The notes under the pieces are model-generated. The model was not told the DNA's origin. It did no database searches and worked only from the letters and a program-made list of their open reading frames with translations. A program made the translations under genes and the position numbers. Shown piece by piece: positions 11,012 to 23,000 of a stretch of 63,462 bases of DNA. The stretch comes from Phoronis australis (lineage: Eukaryota > Animalia > Phoronida), in the NCBI GenBank assembly GCA_002633005.1, contig NMRA01000101.1:62539-126000 (forward strand), read 5' to 3'. The number at the start of each line of letters is the position of its first letter. The first letter of the stretch is position 1.

Positions 11012-14000
11012 GTATTCCATTTTTCCCATTTTTGTTCGTTAACTCACAAAAATCACACCTAAAATGAATACTGAATCCGGTTTTGTGACTTTTCACCAGN
11101 NNNNNNNNNNNNNNNNNNNNNNNNNNNNNNNNNNNNNNNNNNNNNNNNNNNNNNNNNNNNNNNNNNNNNNNNNNNNNNNNNNNNNNNNNNNNNNNNNNNN
11201 NNNNNNNNNNNNNNNNNNNNNNNNNNNNNNNNNNNNNNNNNNNNNNNNNNNNNNNNNNNNNNNNNNNNNNNNNNNNNNNNNNNNNNNNNNNNNNNNNNNN
11301 NNNNNNNNNNNNNNNNNNNNNNNNNNNNNNNNNNNNNNNNNNNNNNNNNNNNNNNNNNNNNNNNNNNNNNNNNNNNNNNNNNNNNNNNNNNNNNNNNNNN
11401 NNNNNNNNNNNNNNNNNNNNNNNNNNNNNNNNNNNNNNNNNNNNNNNNNNNNNNNNNNNNNNNNNNNNNNNNNNNNNNNNNNNNNNNNNNNNNNNNTGAA
11501 CTAAGGGCAATAAATTATCTACGTAAGTTATTGTGTACTCGAGCATAGAATAATAGACACTTATCTTGAGTTCGCCCAAAAGTAGAGTAGAAAATGCCAA
11601 ACCTAATTTCGAGTTCCATTTCGAGCAAAAAGATTGGAGACCGGGCCCAGATCAAAACACGGGTGCTTATTCAGGTTATTTGCACTCACCTTTTGAGGCT
11701 TTTTAGTTGCTCTACACGTATGAAAAGTAACTGGAAAAGTGAGTGGAAATAAGCGCCCGTGCTTTGCCTGCTTTGTCCGTTACTCAGTGATTGCCTGGTT
11801 CTCAAAATCAGGGACTGCTATATCCGACCAACTTGCCGTGAACTAGTTGAAGTGCTAAACCGGTCAGCGTGAATTAGGCCTACTCTTGCTTGAGTAGACT
11901 AATTTGGTTACTGGTTCAAAGAAAACCACCTTAGTCCATTATTCTGGAGTTATATTTGTAAAGCGATGATCATTGTGCGTATCAAATTTGAATGCCATGA
12001 AATTTAGCACTTGTCTATTTGTTTGCAGAAACTGTTTTTGTTGATTCTTTAATCCACTGACACTTCTTTTTTCGCAAAGTAGTACATGGTGCTCATTAAA
12101 TTACGAGAAATTGTTGCACATCGTTAGAGTTTTGAGTAAACTTTAATACGAGTGAACGGAGGAAAATTCGCTTTTGAACAATGAAGTTGTAATTGTCCCC
12201 TAAAGATGTCACTTTAACAAACCAAAAATCAAGCAAATCAGTATGCAAATGACACATTACGAGCCTACTGTTTTGACATCGATGTCTGAATTTGTTACAA
12301 AAGTGGGAGAGTTATGTAAGAAAATGACGTTCAGCAGATTGTGTTTCTTTCTATTGTCTGTAACGGACAAGGTAGGTTAGAATGTGAAAGTTGTAAAAAC
12401 AGTTGGATGGTCTAGATTATAAAGGCTAAGGCCACCCGATTTATTTACGTTTTTACTGTTTTGATTAGTAAGTATCTACATCAAGTCATATTTGGTTGTA
12501 CCAAGAGATGTCGCATTAACTGGTGAGGACGGTAAATATACTTTGAGCAATCAGATCTTATGCGGAGTGTGTCGGTTGACCATGCTATGGTTTGGTGTAT
12601 CATTCCTGGCTTTGCGGGTTATGAAGCTGTGAGGCAAGCGGGGGATCGTGTTCTTGGCTTCATCGATATCCCGAAATGCTTCAGAAGTGGCTCTTAGGAG
12701 TACCATCACTGTTAGGTTTTCGGGTGGACTTGTCTACTGCAACATCTCCTAGCGGCCATTTTGTTCTTAAGGAATTTTCATGAGTTGTTTGGGGGAAGAG
12801 CAATTCTGGATGACGTCTAAAAAAACAATGGATGGAATGGATGTCAAGAAAACTTGACACAGATGATGTATTATGACAATGAATTGGACCCTTTGTGGGG
12901 TGGATCTGTCCCCTTCAGAATGGTTACAAGGGGCTTTTCAATTGTTGTTTGGTGGGAGAATGTTTCTGGATAGTGTCTAGAGAGCAAAAGGTACCCGCTC
13001 ATCCAAAACCTTAACGACAAACAGATGGCGCTGGATGCAGTGATGCTTTACTAACAGGTAGCGCTGCTCACAGTCATGTGACATTCTTGTGTGAACTGAA
13101 TCTTAACCCAGCACCTTGACCTATATTCTACAGCTGCTGACGTCACATCACCGTTGTAACATGATGAGCTCAGTGCTTCACTCTTTGTTTATACTGTCAG
13201 CTGTTATTAATCATGGCCACCAACATGTTTATAGTGCATGGTTCAGTTCGTTAAATAGATACTATATAAGTTGAAACCACTCTCTTTTGCCTTAGTGTTG
13301 ATAGAACATAAAATATTACAGATGTTTCTACTTAGTGAACCATCAGCTGCGGTGCCACGGCCAGTCCGGTCTGCTGGACTGTTGTTGGCTAACGAGACAC
13401 TGAATGAAAAAGAAAATATCTCAAGAGAATAAAACCTAACATGTATATCACCATGTATAATTCAAGCATAATTTAAAAAATATAGTGGTTATATTTCAAC
13501 CTAATTAATATTATGGTTGTTGAGTTGCCAAAATCTCGCCGCGCGGAAAAGTGGCGGGGCTCGGTTTAGTGAGCCACCTTAAAAGCTGGTGTGGTGGCAA
13601 CCAGGCTCATGCTTCCCAAAGGATTGCAACATTGTAGGCTGCAAATTGTAAGATAAATTTCATCTCACACACTTAGGTTTAGCTTGGCACAAACTTCTGA
13701 CAGTGAGTGTCCACATCTGGTGGTGACTGTGGTGAAGACCATGAATGTGCACAAGCATTACCTTAGTGCTGCGTATCTTTCATGAGAAAACGAGAAAATG
13801 TAATACACTTATCTGCCATATTGTGTCCTAAATTGGTGGGATTTTATGGTACTCTTTATGGTAAGAAGTGGTTCACATGTATGTAATCCAAACTTGTACT
13901 GTGTATTTTCAAGTATAAACTGATAGCTAGTGGGCCTGTTTGAAGCCTCTCTTGTTTCCCATGGCCAGTATTGTGATACTACGTAATAAATATTTTAACA

Positions 14001-17000
14001 GATGTATTAAGGTCCACTTGGGTGTGGGTAGTCAGAGGTATGATAGAAATATGAATTATATGGTGCATTTGACGGTGTCTACACAGGGAGAATTTTAAAA
14101 GTGGCAAAATAGTGAGGAAAATGAATTGCATAAGTCACGGTATTCGATCAATTTTTATGGAATTGTATCGTTTCATCTAATGCTTTTGGGTATTTTATTA
14201 CCACATCTGTTTATAAAATGTCTAAATTAGCGTTGCATGATTGAATTGGAGTATGAGTTTGGATATTTGGAGATGGGGCTTTGGGCAAAAGTGCTGAGAA
14301 TTGATACCCTCTAGATGAGGGCCTGCCAAATATTATTTTTCAATAATTTCTGAGAAAGGTGTAATGGCTTTTATGAGCTGAAATGACAGGTGGACAAAAT
14401 ATGACCACAACGGTCTTGTCCGTAATGTGTCATGTCCCGTCCGCAATGATACTAATTCTTATGATTCAGAATGAAGCCCCTGACTTGATTGGCTTCACCT
14501 CAAACGAAGTCTGGATAATGTAGCCTACACTTAAAAGGTTTGCTTCATTTGCAGCTTTACAGTAAAGGCCGGCTTTGCCAGTTAGGATTGGAGTTCTCTG
14601 AGCTAGACACATTCGCCAAAGTTTTAAAAGTAAAAGACAAAAGGTGAGGTATTTTTCATAGGTGCAATTAGGCCCCCCTCCCCTGTGACGGCCGCAAAAA
14701 ATAAAGCAGCAAAAGCGTGACGTAATGTAGAGTTTATTAATTGACCCCGGTAATTAATATACGGCTGAAACAAGATTTGACAATGTGTGGAGCTTTTTTG
14801 AGTGCATGTGACGGGCTCAGACCCGATTCCAAGTGTCCGATTCAGACACCATCGTAACAGTAACTGTGGCTAATTAATGCCGCTCCCGCTCAATATGCAC
14901 AATATCCTAGGTGACCGGCAGTGGTGTTGTGCACTACTTCTGTGTTTCCATTGCCTGCTCCACTGTGTAATGAAAAAAATCACTTAATTTTTCAAAGTAA
15001 ACGGAACCTGAGTGACTAGGAAGAAACAGAAGCTGCTGGTAACATGTAAATTTTAATCGAAGCCTTAGTGACTCACTCAAGAAACTCGTAATTCTCTCGT
15101 TGTCAAACATTAAAATTAAGACGATTTGCAAAGTAAGGGCGTGGTTAACGCCAACACGAAAAATGGCTTTGGTCTGTTGGGCAGCTGAAGGCTGCTTGAA
15201 ACACACTTACAACTTTTGTTACGAAATGGTCGCACAAATTATAAAGCGTGAAATAAACATCACAGAAAAGTTCTTGCGCGAACGCTATGGTCCATAAACA
15301 AGTGTGTCTCTTTAGCATCATGATGTAGTTGGAAGTGTGGTGGCGCAATGCACGAGCACTCGCGCTTTAATCTATAGGGTGTGAGTTTGAATCCTTGCAA
15401 TTTTACGAATTTTCCATTTTTAAGTCACCTGTCCAAACTAAAGCTGCCGAGGGCTGATTATACTTACAAAATGAAGGAAAATGCTGTTTTTTTTCTAGAA
15501 ACAAAATTTTCGTGGGCTGAAGGGAGAGTCCTTGTGGGTGTAGACTGAAGTATTTTCGCTAAAACATAAAAAATGAAATCTGGATATGTTCTAAAGACAT
15601 GAGCAAAACTCCACAACAGGTAGATTGAAAACATGAATGGGGAATGGTGGAAGTTAAACGATCAGGTGACAATGTTGTTTAGGTATGCAAAAATTTCATT
15701 AAACCTACATGTTCTCTCTGTAGTAAATCAAAAGACCTGTTATTGAAGAAACAATGTCTTTCATGTATGCAATCTATGTGTTATTTTTTGTCAAAAACAA
15801 TGGTTGACAAATATGGCCAACCAGTGGGTGGAGCTTTTCTGCAGTTCATCGTTGGAGTGGCTGTGAATGTTCATGGTAAGGCTACTATGAGTATATAGAA
15901 TTATTGTGGTTTACAAAGTTGAATGGTTACAAGGACACTGCACTCAGTGGATGTGTTTGTAGCATATCCTCACTGTTTTCCAGGCATCTGTTACACCACT
16001 GCTTCCAAGCCCTGATGGATCACGGTGTGAGGGTGTCTGAGATTCTTGCTGATGCCTTCTGCCAACACTGCTGTTGCTGCACCTCCCAGTCCTCTGGCAA
16101 CAGTCATCAGAAGAAGGCACTGGCCTTGGGCTTCTCATTAGGTAGGTGAAACATAAGTACAAACATTTTATTTTATTCATGGCCACAGGGAAACGTGTTT
16201 TCTAAAATTCCATTTGAGAGGCCTGTTTGAATCTGCACGGCTCTATGCTTAAAGGATGTTTATCTCTCAAAATGCGACCTGACAAAATTTCTTGGTTGAC
16301 AAACACGAACTGTTAGATTCGACATATTGTATTTGATTTTCCGACGATTTCGACTACTGTGGCACCTCCTAGTGGCAGTTTTGTTTTTGTTGCGTCTATG
16401 GCTGTATCTCCTAAACCGTTCGCAGGATCTTTACTTAATTTAGCAAGTGTATTAATGTTGACTACACATGACGATGACTTTTGGACAGATCTGACTACTG
16501 CTGTGCCCCCTAGTGGCAATTTTATTTTTTTTTTACGTTTAACTCATTATCTTCAAAGGTCCTCAACAGATTTTCATGGAATTTTAAGTATAGGCATCTA
16601 TTGGTGTGATGACGCTTTTTTCCTGTTTTTGGATGGAATCAAGGTATTTTGCACCACCTAGTGGCCATTTTTTGCTGTTTTCAAATCTTGTTTTTGGTGT
16701 CCACCCCTGTATCAACCAAATCATTTGAAAGTTGGCATACAGTACAGCCACTGAATTTTTAGACTTCGTCCGGGCTACCTCACGTCTGGCCAGACCGGAG
16801 CGCAATCGGAACGCAGGCGGGACAGAAATCAGTCACGGTCGCCTCACGCCTACTCTTCGGGTAGTCCTCACGCTTACCTCCGGTTTAGTTCACGCTTTCC
16901 TCAGGCTTTCTTCACGCCTTCGGTACCTGTGGTAACCATGGTAGGGCAACGGGCTAATCAATAAAAATACATGTAACGTCTTGATTGCCTGTCGTTTCGG

Positions 17001-20000
17001 ACAAGTTGCAAAGACATTATAGTATATTATAGAGTATCTTTGCAAGCAGTCATCTATCACACTTGGGTTCCAAATAACTTTGTAATTCCACGTGTTGTTC
17101 ATGCAAATGTCTTCCTTCAGCTCATCTTGTGTTATGGTTACATGTATATTTTCTATTTACGACTTAAGAGCCAGTCCCATCAACGACATACATGTACAGT
17201 AACCACGGTTAGTAAATACGAATATACGCGACCCTGTATCCAGAGTCGTCTTTACATGGCTGTGGACTCCTTGAAACTTGTCACAGCTGGATATAGATGT
17301 TGTTATTTGCCCTAAAAATAGCCTACGCATCTTGTGAAGTATTGTGTCACGCCGTAAATTTTTGCACCGCACTGGCGTACAGAAAATTTCAATAGGCCGC
17401 CATTCTGACATACCCATCCCTTACTGCAAGCAAAGGTTTTGACTAAAAAGTTCTCAATCCATAGTGCAGTTTAATTATTTGTAGCCCCCTCCCCGTAGTC
17501 CATGCGTTTCGACTGAGTTCGCAGTATCCCCGGACCCCTGGGTACTTCTTCACTAAAATAATAATAGCAGTTATCTGTTTGACTCGTCAAATGCATGGGC
17601 ACAATCAGTTTTCTTTGCATGAAGCCGGAACTTGGGATCAATGTGCTCAGAATTGACATGCTATTCTCCTTCATATCGTGAAGGCAATTGAATATTTCCG
17701 CCATGTACACGCGTGTTAAGATTCTTTATTAGTTTAAATAAAAAAACAAATAATTATATATAAGTGAAAAGTAGAGTCCACAGGTCTGTTTCCTGAAGTG
17801 ACGTAAGATTTGAGAAGGAAATTTTGGTCTTTTGCTGAACGTGACGATTTCAAAAAAAAATAAACCTCACATGAACAAAAGTCTATGAGAATACACACAT
17901 CACTGCTAGTTACTGATATAATTTTAATAAATTAATTTTTCATCTGCGATGCAGGTAAACTCACGCCAGGCTCACGGCTGGCTCGCGCTTCGTTCACACC
18001 TAACTCACGGTAAGCTCCGGGTACAGTCACGCTTAGGCTCACGCCAGCTGTCACGGTTGATTCACGCCTCACTGTCGGTCTGTCTCCGGTTACGGTCACG
18101 GGTGGCTAGACCGGAGAGACACCGGAGAGAGTCTAATAATTCAGTGGCTGTACTGTATATGTTCTCAGTGTGAAGACGACCTTTGATGATGGTGACTGAC
18201 TACTGTGGCGCCTCCTAGTGGTAGTTTTGTTGTGTGCCTATAGTTGTATCTCCTAAACCCACTGCAGGATCTTTACTAAATTTAATAAGTGTATTTATAT
18301 GAAGACAAGAACAGACGACGACGACTTTCAGGCGGATCCAACAAACACTGTGCCCACTAGTGGCAATTTCATTTTATTCTGTTTTCCGTTGTTTCTCTGA
18401 AGTTCCGTGACAGATTTTTATGAAATATGGCATGTTCCTGTTCTTGGATGGATTGTATGTTCTTGCACCATCTAGTGGACATTTTTGTGATACAAATAAA
18501 TAACCCTAAAAGCCTAAGCACATCTTTTGCAATGCATTTGTGGGCGCATTTCAACGCTCCGCGTTGCTCTTGTTATTACTTTTACGTGCTTTTCTGTCTG
18601 ACAAACAACTCTTAAGGGTTGTTATAAAAATTGGCGCGTGTTCGATCCGAAACATGATTATGATTTTTGGAGGACTCCAACTACTGTGGCATCCCCTAGG
18701 AATTTGTTTTTTTTTTCATCTGCAGTTGTATCTCCTAAACCTGTTACAGAATCTGTGCATTTCTAGGAACATGACGATGGATGACGACAGCTTTTGGACA
18801 AATCTGATTACCATTGAGTCTCCTGATGGCAATTTTATTTTTTTATGTTTTCCTCTGTATCTTTGGAATTAATTTATGCATTTTCATGAAACATGGTAAA
18901 CCAGTTTCTTTAAACAGATGGTAATAGCTTTCCATTTTCGAATGGATTCAGTATATTTTATGCCACCTAGTGCCTATTTTTGTTAATGTTGAGTCTGGTT
19001 TTTGGCATCTGCCTCTCAGTTACAAGATATCATTCCACTTACTAAATTCACTTTGTAGGAGGCTTTCTGAGTGTGGCTGGCTGGTTCTATGACAGTGAGA
19101 GGGTGTTTGCTTCCTGTCTGCAGTTATGCAAACAAACTGATGATCAACGCAACTGGTTAATGGCTCTAGAGTGCTGCATACGGTAAACTGAGTGATCAGC
19201 ATGTTTTATACTAACTAAATATTTTCTTTACATACCTACATGTAATTACTTATGTCGAGCCAAAATCACGAACTGGAATAAATCAAATTAGTGGCAGTGA
19301 ATCTCTCATTTAAAACAATCAATTAATTCCATTTAGTGCACTCTTTTGTCATTTGTGATGAAGAATGCCAACTTACAATTTAAAAAACAAGATCAAAGGG
19401 TTCCACCCCAAAATATGAACCAAAACAATGATTCTCAAAAATGCTTAGGGCTTTAAATGTAGTTTTCAGTGTGTTCGTGCAATTGGTAGTGAAGAGTTGG
19501 CTTAAAATTTGGCAACATAAAGTGCCCAGGTAGATAAATTATAATGGCTTATTTGGGTTCTCTAGACCAATCACATACTATGTGCAGTTTTAGTTATTGA
19601 TTTAAGTCTTTCCTGCCATGGATTATTTCAAAATGTACCAGTCGCTATATGGGTGCTGAGTATTAATTACTGCTCCCTCTCTTGGTTCATGTGGGTACTA
19701 AAAACTAATTGTTGCTCATTCTTTAGTCTGATGTGGGTACTGGGTTCTAAATAATGCTCCCTTTCTAGGCTGATGCATGTGAGAATAGCCAATTGCAAGA
19801 TCAAGGAAGCGGAGGCAACACTGACGGAAGCTATGTCATTGGTTGACAGGCTAGACTCTGCCAATATTGATGTCCAAAAGGCTACGCTGTATAGTGAGAC
19901 TTCGGCCTTGTTATTTGCTGAGAGTAAATTTGATGAGGTGCGTTGTGGTATAACTTCCTCACAACTAAGTCACACCTTTGTTCAATAGCCTTGCGTGGCA

Positions 20001-23000
20001 GTTGTCAAAGGTAGCTTTTCTGCTCAGTGGCTATTTTAAGCTTATGTTGGACCCTAGAAAAATTCAAACTTTGGCTAATTTTGGAACATATCATATCAGA
20101 TTCAAACGAAATTGTCACTTATACAAAACGATGTTAGGAAGTGTTTTTAAAAGTCTTTCATTTTTGCAACGAGTCACACAACTCAATTGGAGTTATCCAT
20201 TTCTATCTAAAGACAGATTCTTGGCTTTCAGTATTTTATTGAGTTTCCAGAAGTTTTGTGATTTATTATGCGGCCACATATTTATATGTGGACGCATTAT
20301 GCCGTCATCTCCGTCCGTCCGTCCAGGCAGCATCCGGCGTCCACTGCTCTATCTCCAAAACCCTTTGACATACGTTCATGAAATTTGGCACATATGTTCC
20401 ATTCATGAATGGGACGGCATGTGCGAACTTTCGGACGCATCCGACTACTGGTGAGCCCCCTAGTGGCAATTTTAGTTTTTTACGCTTACCTTTGTATCTT
20501 CAAAAGTCCTGAACGGATTCTCATGAAATTTGGTATGTAGGCACCTATTAGTGAGATGACGCTATCCTGCCGTTTTCAGATGGATTCGACATAGTTTGTG
20601 CCACCTAGTGGCCATTTTTACTGTTTTCGAGTCTGTATTTTTGCATCCACCCCTCTATCAACCAAACCGCTCAAAGGATGATTGTGAAAATTGGCATGTA
20701 TGTGCTTACTGTAAAGAAGACAGCTGACAATGATTTTCAGAGGATTTGGACTACTGTGGCGCCTCTTAGTGGCAGTTTTGTTTTGTTTTTTTGCGCCTAT
20801 GGCTGTGTCTCCCAAACCGTTCGCAGGATCTTTACTAAATTTAGTAACTATATTTATATTATGTTAACAATGAAAGATGACTTTTGGACGGATCTGCCTA
20901 CTGGTGTGCCCCCTAGTGGCAATTTTATTTTTTTACGTTTACCATTGTATCTTCAAAAGTCCTTTACAGATTTTCATGAAATTTGGTATGTAGGCACCTA
21001 TTAGTGCGATGACGCTATCCTCCCGTTTTCGGATGGGTTCGACCTAGTTTGCGACACCCAGTGGCCATTTTTACTGTTTTTGAGTCTGTTTTGTGGCGTC
21101 CACCCCTCTATCAACCAAACCGCTCTAAGTATGATTGTGAAAATTGGCATGTATGTTCTTACTATGAAGAGGACTGTTGACGCTGAATTTCCCATGACTT
21201 TGATTACTGTGGCGCCTCCTAGTGGCAGTTTTTTTTTGCGCCCATGGCTGTATCTCCCAAACAGTTTTCAGGATCTTTACTAAATTTAGCAAGTGTATTT
21301 ATGTGATGTTGACAACGGACGATGACGATTTTAGGATGATTCTGACTACCGGTATGCCTCTAGTGGCAATTTAAGTATTTTACATTGACCTCTGTATTTT
21401 CATAGGTCTTCAGGTGTATACTTTGTGTTACTTCGTGACTATGAAGAAAAAGTTATAAGTAGAAATTTGTTTCTGGCATTCTAATGCTGTGCTAATCTCG
21501 TATGTTGGTAAATTTGTTTTTAATTCTATGTTTCTGGGGTGCTTTAAGCAACTGATATATAGGATGTGCTTGTATTATGAAGATCACTCACATTTTGCCC
21601 CTAGCCTATTAAGGAGACAATGACCATGCCTTTCCATTTTGCAAAGTACAACACTACATATATGCCCTCTACTGGCCACTTTATGGTACCAATAAACAAC
21701 CCTAGAAGGATACCGTATGCGGTGCAATTGTGGCTGCATTTCAACGCTGTGCGTTGCTCTTGTAATGTACATGTTAACTAATTCCTTAAAGCTTCCGTTG
21801 AATAGCAACGCATGCCTTTCATGAATTATTTTGAAATTTGATGTGTTGACAAGTCTGGTCAAGCACTACCTAGTTGTATCATTGCTTTCTTCCTACAGCT
21901 TTACGTTCTTGAGTTAATCACAATTTTTTGAACGGTGTCCTATCATTCATTGATTTTTCATCTCAGCTCCGGCGTCATTTGATGGATGTTATGCAATTTG
22001 GTATGTGAGTACATCATATCATGAGGTACAAGACGTGTGTGATCCATTTCTCACAACTATGGAATTTGAGATTTACTGATCTGATGACTGCTCTTTTATT
22101 GACTAATTGCTTACTGCACCTTTGTTGATCTTTCAAAGCATTTGTCATCCGATCAACATGAAATTTACACACTATATGTATCTCCTAAAGAGTCTGAGGC
22201 CTATAGTTATGGGGAGAAATTGGAAACAAGATGGCACTGTTAGAGATATTTTTCGAATAATCGTTTATGGAAGTCTAGCTGTGGTTCTATGATGGTATCT
22301 TCTGAAATTTGGTTTGTAGATATATCTCAACAAGAGCTATGTGGAGTGTGTCATCGGTTTCTAACCGGCTTACTGTTCTCCAGTCATTCCACATTTTCTG
22401 ATTTGTGACTGTCTGTTTTTTATTTGCTGAATGTACTTTCAAGGTTTATCATTTACTGTACATTGCCATTGAGAACGTCGTGGTCTCCTTGATTTCGTCA
22501 TCTACCTCACTTCCAAGTGTCACTCCTCAGAACGCTTTCATTTTTCTTTTGCAAGGCCTTCAAGTTTTGCCAAATGTCGTTACGGGAGTTAACCAGTTCA
22601 CTGCCCACGCCAAATGTTGTGGATGCGCTGAGACAAGCGGCCAAGTGTTGCGTGGTGAAAAGAAACTTCATCAAGGCAGAGTACCTCATCAAACACGCAG
22701 TCCACATTGCCAAGTATGTACCATCTGTGGCCAGTTGCACGTTTAGTGCTACTTTGCCTGTATGTGCAAGTGTGTTGCAACAACTGACTGTTCCCATGAC
22801 ATTCTCACTCTCATGTGAGAAGCCTCTTGTTCACGTATGTTGTCTGTTCGGTGAGACTCTACAAACCTTGGAAATTTTATCCTGGATTCACGAGTTAAGG
22901 TTAATATATGGATGCAAAAAAATTCCAAATTTGGCCAGCTTGGAACATATCAAGAATGGCTGATTGGATTCATTTGCAACTTTAAGATACTGTGCTTTAT

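Noticed and set aside
10968-11600. Long ORFs in the track (210 aa and 146 aa)
   Set aside because: Artefacts of translating through the N gap.
20456-21370. CRISPR-like regularly spaced repeats
   Set aside because: Eukaryotic intron; the spacers are themselves homologous repeats of a HINE array; no cas genes.
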